A DNA stretch of 64,000 nucleotides from Lama glama. Its lineage: Eukaryota. Below the pieces are notes generated by a model. It made no database searches. It was not told the DNA's origin and saw nothing but the letters and a program-made list of their open reading frames with translations. Below, one piece after another: positions 50,640-63,954 of the stretch. The stretch covers positions 29,638,001 to 29,702,000 of the forward strand of contig CM052816.1 in assembly GCA_028534125.1 (NCBI GenBank), given 5' to 3'. The translations under genes and the position numbers were made by a program. The number at the start of each line of letters is the position of its first letter. Position 1 is the stretch's first letter.

Positions 50640-52827
50640 GTAAATTAACTTTTAAGGCAATTTAAACTAATACTTTTTTTACACAGATTTTTAAAAATTG
50701 TCTCCTCCATGTTATCCATTAGACTTAGAACATGATACATAGAAAGTGGTAAAAAATTTGATTTCTGCCTCTCCTTCAAAATAATATAAGACAAACAAAA
50801 CAAACGAGAGCACTCCCCTCCCCAACACAGACAAAAATGGAATAAACAAAGAAATTATAGCATTATCTAAATTCCATTTTAAAATATGTTAAGCCTAAAA
50901 GGCATGTATATTTACTGTTTATTTCATTTTTATTTTTATTTCAAGATGTTAGGGTACATGTGTTAGATTTAGTTCATTTTTTTCTTTCTTTTTTTTTACA
51001 ATTATGTATGATATACATTTATATAAATAAAGACATATGTATCCATTTCTAGCCCATTAAATCTTTCCTAAGGTACGGCGACTGGAGCTATATTTAGTAT
51101 TCTAGTTATAGGCACATCATATTTTTAAAAAATGATAGAATACCTTTTTTGTCATGTTTAAAATACTCTTTTTGATAAGGCTCAGTATGTGCAGCAGCTT
51201 GTTAGTTGACATCTTCACAGATAGTTCTATAATATTCTTGAATCTGATTTCACAGTGTATTACAGAATTATAATTATATGTTGTAAATATATAACTTACT
51301 ATATGTATATTAAAACTTTTCTACAGGTCTTTTCTTATGTTTGAAGCATATTTGTTGCTTTTCTGCCTATTCACTGTCTTCACAAATTATTTTGAGCCTA
51401 TCTACACAGTTAATATATATTTTTAGATGAAAAATTTAATTTCTGTTGAAAATATGGAGATTTCTTTTTCAGTTCATTTATCAAAATGCTAAGTAAGACT
51501 AGTCCCAGTGCTAAGCCCAAGGAATTGGCCAAACTTTTCCCTTCTTTTATTATTTTAGCTTTATATTATAAAAATAACATGATAGAACTTTATAAAATCA
51601 TTTTTCCCTTTCTCTGAAATTATTGGTTAGGCATTTTTTTCTCATACAGAGTTTTCTTTTGCACAATTTGCATTGCCTTGCCCCTAGAGGTGAGCTTTGC
51701 TCTGGGCTTAGTGCTGCTGTTGAGAATTTTGCCATTTTATTGGGAGTGGAAGCACCAGCCAGAGCTCTTCACATGGCGAGCAGTCACATAATTTACACTG
51801 TGACCCTTGTTTCACACAGAGGCTCTTTATAATGATAGTTACTCTATGATTCTTGGATAGATGTAGATCTATCCAAGATCTGCCAACTTGGATCTTGGTT
51901 ATTTTGTTGCAAAAGTGGTGAGCATCTTTGGTGGTAGAGTGGATACTATCTGGATCCTCTCTGACTTTCAGCTATCTAACCCCACTTCACAAATGTGCCT
52001 GGGGATGAGAAACCTGACACTTTTCTAAATAGCCTACCCCATTTTGAGCTCAATATATTAAGTTCAGTTTTTTTTGATGGTGCCTAATATAGTGCTTACT
52101 CGGTAAATTACTATTCACTGATGAATTTTAAACTAAAGCTGATTAATATTAATCTGGTAATTGATTAATTTATGTTTTTGTTAGAATACGTGGTGTAACC
52201 ATGGGGGGACAATTAAGAGACTTACTACTTTTTGTATCATTTGTAAATGGAATTTAAAAATACTTATTTTCAGTTTTTTGCTATTAGTACATAAGAAAAC
52301 AATTGGGTTTTATATTAACCCAGTATACTATGACTTTCTAAATTTATTTGTTATTTGTAGAAATTGTCTTATAGATTCCCCAGAACTTTCTATGTAAGTA
52401 GCATTATTATCTGCCAGTAGAGTCATTTATACTTACTCCTTTCTGATATTTATGCCTTTTATTTATTTTTCTTGCCTTATTGCAGTAACTGGGAACCTTC
52501 AGTACAATGTGTATTATGAATGGTAAAAGCCAGTATCTTTACCTTGATCCCAATCTCAAGAACCATTGTTAAAAGATGATATTGACTGTATATTTTTGCA
52601 GATGCCATTTGTTAGTTTGAAGATGATACGATTCATTGTCTTTAATTGATCCTTTAACTTGTCTCCTTCCCCTTCACGATCGTACATTGCTTGTAGACAG
52701 AGGCTATCCTGTTTATTTCTACATCTCCATTGCCAGAATGCTTTGACATGTATTTTTGAATGAAGTTCAGTAAGAATTATAACCTCCCCCTCATAGGCTA
52801 ATAAAGATTCTCGTTTTAAACTTTTAG

Positions 52828-53020
52828 AGATCCTGAACTTTCAACTGTTTGTCGGAAGTCTGATACATTAATATTATATCCAGGGGCTGAAGCTGCTAAT
52901 TTGGAAGAATTTATATTAGATTCTCCTGTTTATCCTTCCACAATCATCATCATTGATGGTACATGGAGCCAGGCTAAGGACATTTTCTATAAGAATTCCT
53001 TGTTCCGACTGCCTAAACAG
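52828..53020 (+). CDS. DTWD2: DTWD2 coding exon 4 (193 nt), contains the DTW-domain DGTW motif
   Basis: Acceptor cttttag|A and donor CAG|gtaagc. Encodes [64 protein letters not shown], with DGTW at 52955-52966. Cumulative CDS is 597 nt = 199 codons without a stop. Confidence 0.96.
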
Positions 53021-54004
53021 GTAAGCTAGTGTTTCAACATAGAATAAATATAAATGCATAATTATGTATGTGGTATATATTTTCTCTGAGGGGATATACA
53101 TACATTTTTATATATGAATTTAATGAAATTTGTATATATGAATGTATGTATATAGGTATACCTGTGTGTGTGTTTTATATATGCGTACAAAATTTCAAAT
53201 TTGTCCTTCTTTCTCAATTCCTGCCATCAAACTTTACCATAGTTTAGGCATTTAGCTATATTAAAAGTCCTTCAGACATTTAAACAGAGCAGTCTAAGGA
53301 TTATTTATTTCTATGTGTCTTATTTTTTTTTGTTAAGTATTATGTTTAAACATTTCTTTGATAGCTAAATTACTTTGTTCTTACTAGGAATGGCTACATT
53401 TTTATGAAATACTTTTTTTGTCATTCATGATTATAATCATATGGTTTATCCTTCAATTTTTTGACATAATTGATGATGATACTTTAACTATTGTTGAACT
53501 GTTCTTTTTTGATTGGAATGAACTCTACTTGGTCATATTATACTATGTTTTTGATTTATTGCTGAAACTTATATTTTATTTAATGGCAGCATTGAATTTT
53601 TATATATGTATTTGTACTTTTATTATAATATTTGGGTACGAAAATAATGTTAACTTCTCCAAATAAATGGGGGAGATTTTAATATTTTTTCTATGGCATG
53701 GAATAGTTTAAATAATAGTGGACTCCCCTGCTCCTTAAAAATTACATGGAACTCATTGGTGAAACCACCTGATCCAGGTCTCTTTGAACATGATATTTTT
53801 TAAATCCTTCTTTTAGACTGTTTTATTAAAATTGTTCAAGCTTTCTATGTCCATTTGGTTCAGTTTTTAATAGCTTATCTTTTCTAGGGAATTATTCTGT
53901 AACCAATTAACAAATGAGTTGCCATATACCTATATATTAAGTACTTGCTTCCTTTTTTTCCCTAATCATACACACATACCCGTAAACATTTTTTTCCCTA
54001 TGAA

Positions 54005-54139
54005 CAGACTCAAAAGGATTTTTCTATTTATTGAGCTTTTAGAAGTATTAACCTTTAGGTTTTTTTAATGGCAGACTCAAAAGAGTTTTTCTATTTATTG
54101 AGCTTTTAGAAGTATTAACCTTTAAATTGTTTTAATGGC
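54005..54139. repeat. 67-bp tandem duplication (2 copies)
   Basis: cagactcaaaag...tttttctatttattgagcttttagaagtattaaccttta...ttttaatgg starts at 54005 and again at 54072. Confidence 0.93.
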
Positions 54140-54281
54140 TATTAAACTTTTTCTTATTTCTTTAATTGAGCTTTTACCTTGATCAATTTATTTCACCTTT
54201 TTCAGCTAATTTTTTTTCTAATTTTGTAAGATTTGTGCTAAGAGTACTGTTTCTTTGTTAAGATTACTGAGTTTCTTCTTT

Positions 54282-54343
54282 TTTTTTTTTTTACATTTTT
54301 TATTGATTCATAATCATTTTACAGTGTTGTGTCAAATTCCAGT
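54282..54343 (-). mobile_element. ~60-bp L1 3' tip with perfect 15-bp TSD
   Basis: TSD ctgagtttcttcttt at 54267-54281 and 54344-54358. Poly(T), then acattttttattgattcataatcattttacagtgttgtgtcaaattccagt. Confidence 0.88.
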
Positions 54344-57300
54344 CTGAGTTTCTTCTTTAATGACAAAGGGAAAGAAGCCTGAAATATTATAATGGTCATT
54401 GTATCCTATAGTTTTAGATCGATATGTTTTTGTAGCTATAGCATAGATACAATTTGTGATTTGCTTTGATTTCTTTCTACCCATGGGTAATCAATGAGTT
54501 TTTAATTCTCAAATTTTATAATATCTTTGGTCACTTTTTTGTTTTTCTTTCTTAATTTTTGGATTGTATTAAAAGAACATTGCTTACAGTGTTTTGATTA
54601 ACTTTATGATTTCTGTGAGGGTGAGTACATGGAAGATTTTTATGTGTGTTCTGTGAATATAAAAATTCACCTTTTCTATTTCATGATGAAAGTGTTTACA
54701 TTTTTTTAAAGTTTGTTATTTGCAGTTTTTCATTATACTTTTATTTTTGCCACATTTGGGCTTTTTTTTTTTTTAACTGAGAAAGGTATATGAAAAGTTT
54801 CTATTTGTGTATTTTTAATTAAGTTATCTCTACATTTTCAACAGTTTTTGTGTTATATATTTATCTACTTTGTTGTTGTTGGGTTTATACAAGCTGTGCA
54901 TTTAGTGAAAAATACCTGTGAAACTCTGATTCTGAGATTTTAATCTCAATTCTTTGTAGTTTTTGTTCCTTTTGACTAAAATGTAGACATGGTTTTTAGA
55001 TGAGACTCAAATATGCAGAACCATTCTAAAATGTAGCTAACACGTTGTATGCTTTGAGTGGGTCAGTCCCATTTCCAAGTCGTTTACATATAATAACTTG
55101 TTCAATCTTTCCCCAAATCCCCCAAGGTAAATATTATTATTGTATTAGTTAACAGCTGAGGAAATGGAAGCTCAGAGATGTTAAATAGTTTGCTTTAGAT
55201 CACATAACTCTTTCCTAGCAGAGCTGAGACTTAAACCCAACTTTAAAGCCAAAGCCTATGGTTGTAGCCAAAGAAGGATATTGCTCCTATAAAGGAAAAC
55301 TTCCACCATGGCTATTATATTTACATATAATAGCTTCTGTATGTTTATCCAACTTCTTAAGTAATCTCTGTGTTCCACAAGAACTAGCTCATAAAAGGCA
55401 TGGATACTGTTAGATTGTGATGCATTCTAGGTAAAATTTTATGTTCACATTACATTTAGATATTTCTTAATGTACAAAACAGTTTCAATGAGAGGGTTAT
55501 CTCTGTAAAACATCTGTGCAAATATTTGAATTATTTTTCTTTTTTGCATGGATATGCCATATCTGCATCTCTAATCCTACAATTTGTGGTAATTACTACA
55601 TGACTACCACAGAAATGAAGTACATAGTCACATTAAAAAGATTAAAAGCTATTTTAAAGGTAAAAATTCACCAAAATTCTTTTTCTCCTTCAAATTGAGT
55701 AGTACTTACAGAAATAGGTAAATTAAATAATTGTCCTAGTCCTACTATGTCACACAGTTCTATTATCTTTTCATCTTCTTATTTTTCCAAACTGGAAGCA
55801 AATATAGGTGGATATATACTAAACCTTTAAATGGGTGCCTCACAACCATAAGATAAAAGAAAATGCTTAAACAAGACATCAGATAGATTTGACATGGGGG
55901 AAAATATCACCATAAACTAGAATGAAAAGGCAAATGGCTTTTGGGGATACTATGAATGGATAAAGGCTTCATAAGCTTGGAGTTCTTAGAAATGAATAGG
56001 TTAAAAGTGAAAATCTCAAAAAAATGGGTCATAGATATAAAAATAAAGTTAAAAAAAATCAAGTTCAAAGAGTAGAAAATAAATGTATTTCAATAATCAT
56101 CAATTACCCTACTAATAATATGACAACACAATACTAAGTTCAGCATAAACTTTACTGTTGAAATAACTTCAAACTTACAGAAAAGTTTCAAGAATAATAC
56201 AAAGGTCTTTCAAATACCCTCCACTGTTAAGTATATGCCATATATGCTTCATAATTCTCTCTCTCTCTGTATGATTATGCTTTTCTGAACCTTTTGAGAG
56301 TAAGGAATAGATATCCAAATTTTACTTTTTGAAATTTGAAGTTTGCAGTTCTATCCCAGAAAAATTATCTTTTCCTAAATACTTTTCTTGCTTACAATAA
56401 AAAAAAAGTAATTTAAAACAAAATACAGTTTATAAAAACTCAGGTATGTCTTGAGATAGTTTCATCTTAATATACTTGGGAAATATAGATCACTTTAGAA
56501 ACTATAATATGTGTGTCTTTTTAGAGTGTCATACAATATCCAGCCCAAATATGTGAGTATGGCTTAGTTAGACAAGATATGTTTCTAAAAGTTGCTGAAA
56601 AGAACCAATGAAATCTGTATATTTTCTCTGACTAAAATGTATATATAAATATATATTTTGTATATAAATTTTACCTTATATATAATATATAAATATGTGT
56701 ATATAAATGTATACTTATATATAAATGTATATAAATACTTTGTATATAAACATTCAAAAAGAAATAGGTAAGTTGGATTGAAAAAGGGATTGATTTTTAA
56801 AGGTACCTGTACACATATCTTTAGACATCTGTACAATTATAACGTGATATTGATAGTTGTAGTAACTTTAGTAAGTTCTGAACTACCTTCTATAATGCTA
56901 AAAAGTTTGCTTTTTTTTAATATGTCTTCCAATTCTTGAAAAATTTTTTATTTTTTGTGATGATTTTTAGTTAGTAACTCTGTTCCTTAGCTTTTCTGGA
57001 AAAAACAATTTTTTATTACATAGTAGACTTTCCTAGGGGCCCTGCTTTAATACAATACGTGGATACAAATAAGTTGCAAGCAGTATGTCTCTTTCATGAG
57101 TAATGATAGAAATCCAGCTCCAAAATAAACAAAAGGAAGAATTTGATAATGTTACTGAGAAACTTAGAATATGTAGGAATGGCTTCAGATTTGGCTGAAT
57201 CATGTTCTGAAGCAGCTCTATTATTGTGTGTTTCTGATTTTCTCTTATTGTGAATGGACTTTCTCTCTTCCACTGGAAGATGTCTGTGGGAAGCAGCAGA

Positions 57301-58164
57301 CATCTTCCTCCTGGCTTTATTTATTTTAATAGAAAGATGATTTTTTCTTCCCAGAGTCGAATCTTGGGTGGCTTTTTCATTGGGGATGGTGTGCATGGTG
57401 GTAGCTTTATTGACAAAGGAAAACTTGGATGACTTCTTGTCTAAGTTTCCCAAATCAAAAATATTGTAGTTTAAGTTAATTAAGTTTTATTTCTAAATGT
57501 AATTTATTTGTCATTTTTTTTACCACCCCGTCAATACACATACACCCACATACCTGCATTTTGCGTAAGTTTGTCTTAGCTATTGTTTTTAGTTTAGTTG
57601 ATCCATTTAGTTTCTGTAGTGGTATAAAGTTTTTGCTTCAAATGAGAGGAAAAAATGAGAGAAAGAAAACAGAAATCAGAATTAACATCCAAAGTATTGA
57701 TTTTTTTCCCCAAATAAACTAGCAACCGTATGTGAACTTCATACTTACCTAACTGAGGAATGAAAGGATTGTAATGCAAACCTGTTAATTTGGCCATCTT
57801 CTAATCTGGATTTCTAATATATTTAGATCACTTGGCAATGAATGAATCCCCTCAGAAGAATTTTACACAGGAGACTCTTAACATTTGCTAGGAGTAAGTC
57901 CAAGGTGAATATAGAAACGTTTGTAGAGGCTCCTGTCTTTGTTCATTAACTTATTTTCAGTGAGTGTTTGCATATCCTTGCTTTACTGCCTTTAAAACTT
58001 TCACTAAAGCTTGATTTCTCTCTTGATAAGCAGACCCCTGTTGGGCACACTCATTGTCTAAGACATTTTCATAAAACCTTTTCTTGTTGTCTACAAAGAG
58101 TTGTTAAGGACTGGTTTATGTTACATCTAGTCTGTTGGCAAATTCAAATTCATCGTTATCCTTA

Positions 58165-58855
58165 AATTTTTTTTAATTGAGGTATAATTAGCACATAACA
58201 TTATATTAGTTTCAGGTGTATAACATGATTCTGTATTTGTATATATTGCAAAGTGATCTCTACAATAAGTCTAGTTAACACCAATCCCCATATATAGTTA
58301 CAAATTCTTTTTTCTTGTGATATGAACTTTTAAGATATATTTATATATATTTACATATATATATATCTTATATTTAAGATATACTCTCTTAGCAACTTTC
58401 AAATATACAACACAGTAGTATTAACTATCGTCCTCATGCTGTATATTACATTGCCATGACTTATTTTGTAATTGAATTTGGTACCTTTTGACCACCTTCA
58501 CCCAGTTTGCCTGTCCCTCAACCCCCATCTCTGGCAACCACCAATCTGTTTCCTGTATCTACAAGCTCAGGGTTTTTTTGATTTCACATATAAATGAGAT
58601 CATACAGTATTTGTCTTTCTCTATTTGACTTATTTCACTTAGCATAATGCCCTGAAGATGCATCCAAGATGTCCCAAATAGTAGGATCTCCTTTTTATGG
58701 TGTAATAAGATTCCATTATATATACATCCATCACATTTTTTTTTATCCATTGATGGACACGGGTTGTTTCCATATCTTGGCTGTTGTAAATAATCCTACA
58801 ATGAACATGGGAGTGCAGATATCTTTTTGAGTTAGTGTTTTCATTTTCTTCAGAT
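58165..58855 (-). mobile_element. truncated L1 3' region
   Basis: aattgaggtataattag.... The minus ORF shows L1-type WMHLQGIMLSEISQIEKDKYCMISFICEI. Confidence 0.88.
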
Positions 58856-59959
58856 TATCCTTTTAGTTTTATCCAAAATTCCAGTTTTCTTTATTTCTAC
58901 TACCAGCATTGGGAGTTGGCTTACATTTTAATGCCCTTTTCCCTGTCAAGAGAAGCAAAAAAAAAATTTTTTTTTACTTCAGGGTTAAATATGTAAAAGA
59001 TTCTGGAGGACTGGGGAACAATGCATTGTTATTAAGATGTAGATTCTGAATAGCCTGTTTTACTCATTGTTTGTTAATGACTTCTGTACTTTGCCTTCCA
59101 GTAAACATGCTTTCAATTAGTGCTGCGGCAAAATATTTTGTGTCCGGAAACTTCTGTGTCCTTGGGGCATAGTCAGAGCAGTTAGGTGTTAAATGCAGAA
59201 TGCCACAGGTATACTGTGTTAGTGATTAACTTTTTTGACTTTTGTGTAGTATTCATAATTTTTTTGGCAGAAGGTATTCATACCTTGTGCGTCTTTCTGG
59301 CTCATGTGTTGGGGTGTTGTGCACTCACAGGCTGTAATGCTGATCTTCAAGGTTGTAAAAAGCATATTTAAATAGAGAACTTGCGTTAACTTGCTTTTAT
59401 TGGATGTATGATTCTAAGTGATAGAACATGAAGTGATAAGAACTATGATCTTACTATATGGAAAAAGATAATGTAAGGAAAGTTATCAGAGATCTCAGTG
59501 TGGAATCCCTTGCCTCCCTACTTCCATTGGTTCTTTACTGAGTTCTTAACTGTGAACTCACTTCTTTTACTGGAAGAAATCCTCAGATCCCATGGCAGAT
59601 AATCGTATAATTTTTGAACTGAAAAGAATCTGGAAGAATAATAAATTCTCAGCATTTCAGAAGTGAGAAAGTTAAAGGCCAGTAATAAGTGACTCTTCTA
59701 AATTAGCAGCCAGGTGAGAAGATAACTAGGAGTATAATCTGGTTCTCCAGCTTTCTAGTTTAGCATATAATGCTCTCCCTAGAATATGCTAATTAAAATT
59801 TGAATTTAATTTGTTTTAAAATTAACCTAAACTTCTGATTTTAAGTCACAGATCATTTGGTCTAACTTAGTTCCTTAAATGTAAGGCAGTTCTTTCCTCC
59901 AGTGTAGTAGGTCACGTAGAGGTAAACAGTAGTAAGAGTGTGAAAGAATGCTCTCTGCC

Positions 59960-60124
59960 TTCCTTCTCACTGTGGTTCATGGACCAGCCAGCTGCACTGG
60001 CATCACTTGGTAGTTTGTTAGAAATGCAGAATATCAGGTTCTACCTTAGAACTACTGAGAATCTTCATTTTAACAGGATACATGGGTAGTTCCTTTGCAG
60101 ATTAAAGTTTGAGAAGCAGTACTG
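59960..60124. mobile_element. MER5A hAT-Charlie MITE
   Basis: gcatcacttggtagtttgttagaaatgcagaat...cattttaacagga...ttaaagtttgagaagca. Confidence 0.8.
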
Positions 60125-60134
60125 TACTAGATAT

Positions 60135-61180
60135 TTTTAAATTGAGATATAATTCATAATCTTTAAATTTACTCCTTTAAAGTGTACAGTTCAGTGGGTT
60201 TTAGTTATATACGAAGTTGTACAACTATCACCACTATCTTATTCCACAATAGTTTCATATTCTGGAGCTTTATGCTTCCCAAAACCTTTGTACCCATTAG
60301 CAGTCATTTTACCCCTTCCTCCATTCCCAAGTCCAGACAGGGACTCATCTGTTTTTTTGTCTCTGTACATTTGCTTATTCTGGACATTTCTTATTTATGA
60401 AATTATGCAATATGTAGTCTTTTCTGTTTGGCTTCTTTGATTTAGCTTGAATGTTTCAGAGTTCATCCATGTTGTAACATATATTAGTACTTCATTCTTT
60501 TTTTGTGACTGAATAATTTACCATTATGTGTACATACAACATTTTGTTTATTATCCATTCATTGGTAGATACTTGGTTTGTTTCTGCTTTTTGGCTGTTA
60601 TGAATAATGCTGTTATAAATATTCATGTACAAGTTTTGTGTGAATACGGGTTCTGAGTTCTTTTGGGTATATACCTAAGAGTGGATTTGTTGAGTCATCT
60701 AGTAACTCTATGTTTAACTTTTTGAGGAATTTCCACACTATTTTCCAAAGCAGCTACACTGTTTTACGTTTCCTCTACCCATGTATGAGTGATTCAGTTT
60801 CTCCATATCCTAGCCAACACTAGTTATGTCCTTTTTAATTTTTTTTAAATTGTGGCCACCATGGTTAGTATGAAGTGGTATCTCATTGTGGTTTTTATTT
60901 GTGTTCCTTAGTAAGTTATGATGTTGAGCATCTTTTTATATGCTTATCAGTTATTTGTATAAGTTCTTTGGAGAAATATCTTTCAGATCCTTTGCTGCTT
61001 TTTAAATGTAGTTTTTTTTATTGTTGAGTTGTGAATGTTATTAATATATTTTGTAATATAGCCTCTTGGCAGATTTATGACTTGTAAATATTTTCTCTTA
61101 TTCTGTAGTGTGTCTTTTTACTTTCTTTATTGTGCTATTTGATCCAAAAAAGCTTTTAATTTTGATGAATTTCAATCTAT
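60135..61180 (-). mobile_element. L1MB-like 3' fragment
   Basis: aaagtgtacagttcagtgggttttag...gtatgaagtggtatctcattgtggttttta...ttttaattttgatgaa. Confidence 0.85.
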
Positions 61181-61260
61181 GTACCTATGTATCTATGTAT
61201 CTATATAACTATCCATGTATCTATGTATCTATCTATCTGTCTGTCTGCCTATCTATCTAG
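61178..61260. repeat. degenerate (TATC/TATG/TGTC)n microsatellite
   Basis: Directly visible. Confidence 0.8.
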
Positions 61261-61891
61261 ATTTCTTGACTACTCCATGTTTTAACACTCAGAGGGAAAA
61301 AAAGTAAGGAGTGGAATATTGAAAGTTCTCAGTGTAAAGTCAAAGGAAAGTTCAGATTTGGGAGAAGTGCTTCATATTCCCTCAGTACCAAATGTTGGAA
61401 ATATTTTCAGAAGTCAAAAAGCTGTTAACTATATTCTTTATAATTTAATTTTCCAAACACCCTGATCATGATTATTATGTCTCAGTCACTTTTCTAAATA
61501 CAAATATTAACTCATTTAATTATCATAACAATTTCAGAAGGTAGGTGTTACTAAGATTTCTGTTTTGTGGAAGCAGAAACTGAGACAGAGATGCTCAGTA
61601 ACTTGCCTCAGGTGACATAGCTAGTATGTGGTGGAACTACTAAAGAGGCCTAACGTGTATTTTTTAAGTTTTTATATAAAATATGTTGTTATTAAGAAGT
61701 TGAAAGACTAATTCCTAATTTAATCACAGAGAAGGGTGGAGAAGATACTGTGTGAGAGCATGTTGAGAATGGGTTAGGGTTGGTTTGGAAAATTACACTG
61801 CAATTTGAGTAACCATCTAATGTTATGCTAGTATTTTTTGGGGGTGTTTTATCTTTGGGGATTCACTGACTAGACTTCATTTTTGTTATTT

Positions 61892-61986
61892 AATTTATTT
61901 ATTTTTAATAGAAGTACTGAGGATTGAACCCAGGACCTCCTGCATGCTAAGCACATGCTCTACCATTGAGCTATACCTCCACCCCC
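61892..61986 (-). mobile_element. vic-1-like SINE with TSD
   Basis: gtactgaggattgaacccaggacctcctgcatgctaagcacatgctctaccattgagctatacc, with tttttgttattt on both sides. Confidence 0.88.
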
Positions 61987-62149
61987 TTTTTTGTTATTTT
62001 AAATTAGACTTGACTGATAACTTTTACATATATTTTATGTACCTTTCTTATGAAAGATTAGAAATAGTTTCACACACTTTCCCATAGATAGATAGTTATT
62101 ATCATCTAAGATGATGACAATGCCTGGTATGGACAGTGTTTAAACTTTT

Positions 62150-62490
62150 AGCCATTTTAGTAGCTGCGTAGGAATATCTCATGTGGCTTTAATTTGCATT
62201 TACCTAATGATTAATGATGCTGAGCATCTTTTCATGTGCTTAATTGCCATCCATATATCTTCTTTGGTTAAGTATACATCAAATGTTTTGCCCATTTTTA
62301 TGTTTGCCTCTTTGTTTTCTTATTGATGAGTCTGAGAATTCTTTTTACATTCTGAATACAGGCCCTTTCAAATCACTTGTGTGGTTTGCAAATGTTTTCT
62401 CCTAGTCTATTGCTTGCCTTTTATTCCTATCAGCAGTTTTTTTGAAAGTGCTGAATTTCTTAATTTTGATGAAGTCCAATTAATCCAATT
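62150..62490 (-). mobile_element. L1M ORF2-end fragment
   Basis: tttaatttgcatttacctaatgattaatgatgctgagcatcttttcatgtgctta. Confidence 0.75.
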
Positions 62491-63394
62491 TTAAATTAAT
62501 ACACACAGATTTTAAGATAAACTATCTACCAGATAAGTCAACTTATTTTACTTTCATGCATGAAGGTGGAAAGAAATAAAGTTTCAAAGTTTTTATGGTT
62601 AACAAAACTATATTTCAAGTATTTATATCTTAAGAATACAAACAGAAGTTACAAGATTCTTCCCAGGGCATTCACTTGTCAAACAAGACAACCAATTAAA
62701 AAACCAGGTTTTTTAGATACAGGTTAGAGTCACAGGAAATACAAAGCTCCTTTGAAACTACATGACTTGAGAGACTCCTTTGTTACAAGTAAACATTTTT
62801 AAGGATGGTTTTATCATAGACAGTAGAACAGGCTGATTACAGTTGTAACTTCACACACAGCCTCTATGCTAGACTTTTGTTCTGTATGTTACCAGGACAG
62901 ACCCTCTGACTCAGAATGTTCTGCCATCTGCAGCTGTAGGAGAAAGAGCCTGAGCATCTCTTATTTTTCTGAGATTCCTTTCACTAGCAGTTGCTAATTA
63001 GGAGGGCCTGTCTTCTCAAAGAAGGAATCCCATTAGTTACTAGCTTCTTGGAGAAAACTGCAAGGCCGAGAAACTTAAAATTTACAAAGTGAAATAAGAA
63101 AGAGAAAATTTATTTTAATAAATATGGGTAATGAATGTTTTGTTTTTAAAAGATACTGATATAAATGTGTATATACATAAATACATAACACGTATCTGTA
63201 CACTCAGGTATAAATAACATACACTTACATATATATATATAGTGCAGTTGTTAACAGAGGTTGCTTTTTTTAAAAAACGTTAAATACAGTTGTTTCACTT
63301 TCCTTATCAAATACACTGTGGAAATTTTGTGCAAAAAATGTTAGAGAAACTTCTTGTTCTGAGTTCTTACTCTGCTGTACTATTTTTTGCTTCT

Positions 63395-63570
63395 TCCAGT
63401 TTTATCGAGATATAGTTGACATGTCGCACTGTATAAGTTTAAGGTGTACGGCATAATAATTTGATTTACATACATAATGAAATGATTACCACACTGAGTT
63501 CAGTGAGCATCTGTCATCTTGTATAGACACAAAATAAAAGAAATAGAAAATAAATTTTATTTTATTTTCT
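63395..63570 (-). mobile_element. truncated L1 3' end
   Basis: ttccagttttatcgagatatagttgacatgtcgcactgtataagtttaaggtgtac. Confidence 0.8.
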
Positions 63571-63589
63571 CTCATAACAATTTTAAAAC

Positions 63590-63954
63590 ATTTAAATGGC
63601 CTCAGCATAGTGTTGAAGTGCCATCTAGTGTTCCTAAGCACAAGAAGGCTGTGGTGTGCTTTATGGAGAAAATATGTGCACTAGGTAAGCTTCATTTAGG
63701 CCTGGGTTACATAGTGCTGTTTGCCAAAGAGTCAGTGTTAATGAATCAATAATATATATTAAATAAGGTATCTGTAAACAAAAACACACATAAAACAAGG
63801 TTATGTGCTGATTGACCAAACCAAAAATGTTGTGACCAGGGCTGAAGGGAACCAGATCTTGTATTTCCTCAAGGGCAATAGCTCAATATTTGCTAATTCC
63901 ATTTTTACAGCAACCTTATAAAACCTAACTATTACAAATAACAAGAATCAATTG
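63590..63954 (-). mobile_element. MER82-like TcMar-Tigger DNA transposon
   Basis: ctagtgttcctaagcacaagaaggctgtg...aaacacacataaaacaaggttatgt...aataacaagaatcaattg matches the reverse complement of the recalled MER82 consensus. Confidence 0.7.

Noticed and set aside
57094..57453. 119-aa minus-strand ORF (and the 112-aa ORF at 46214-46552)
   Set aside because: No recognisable homology, non-ATG starts, and no promoter or splice support.
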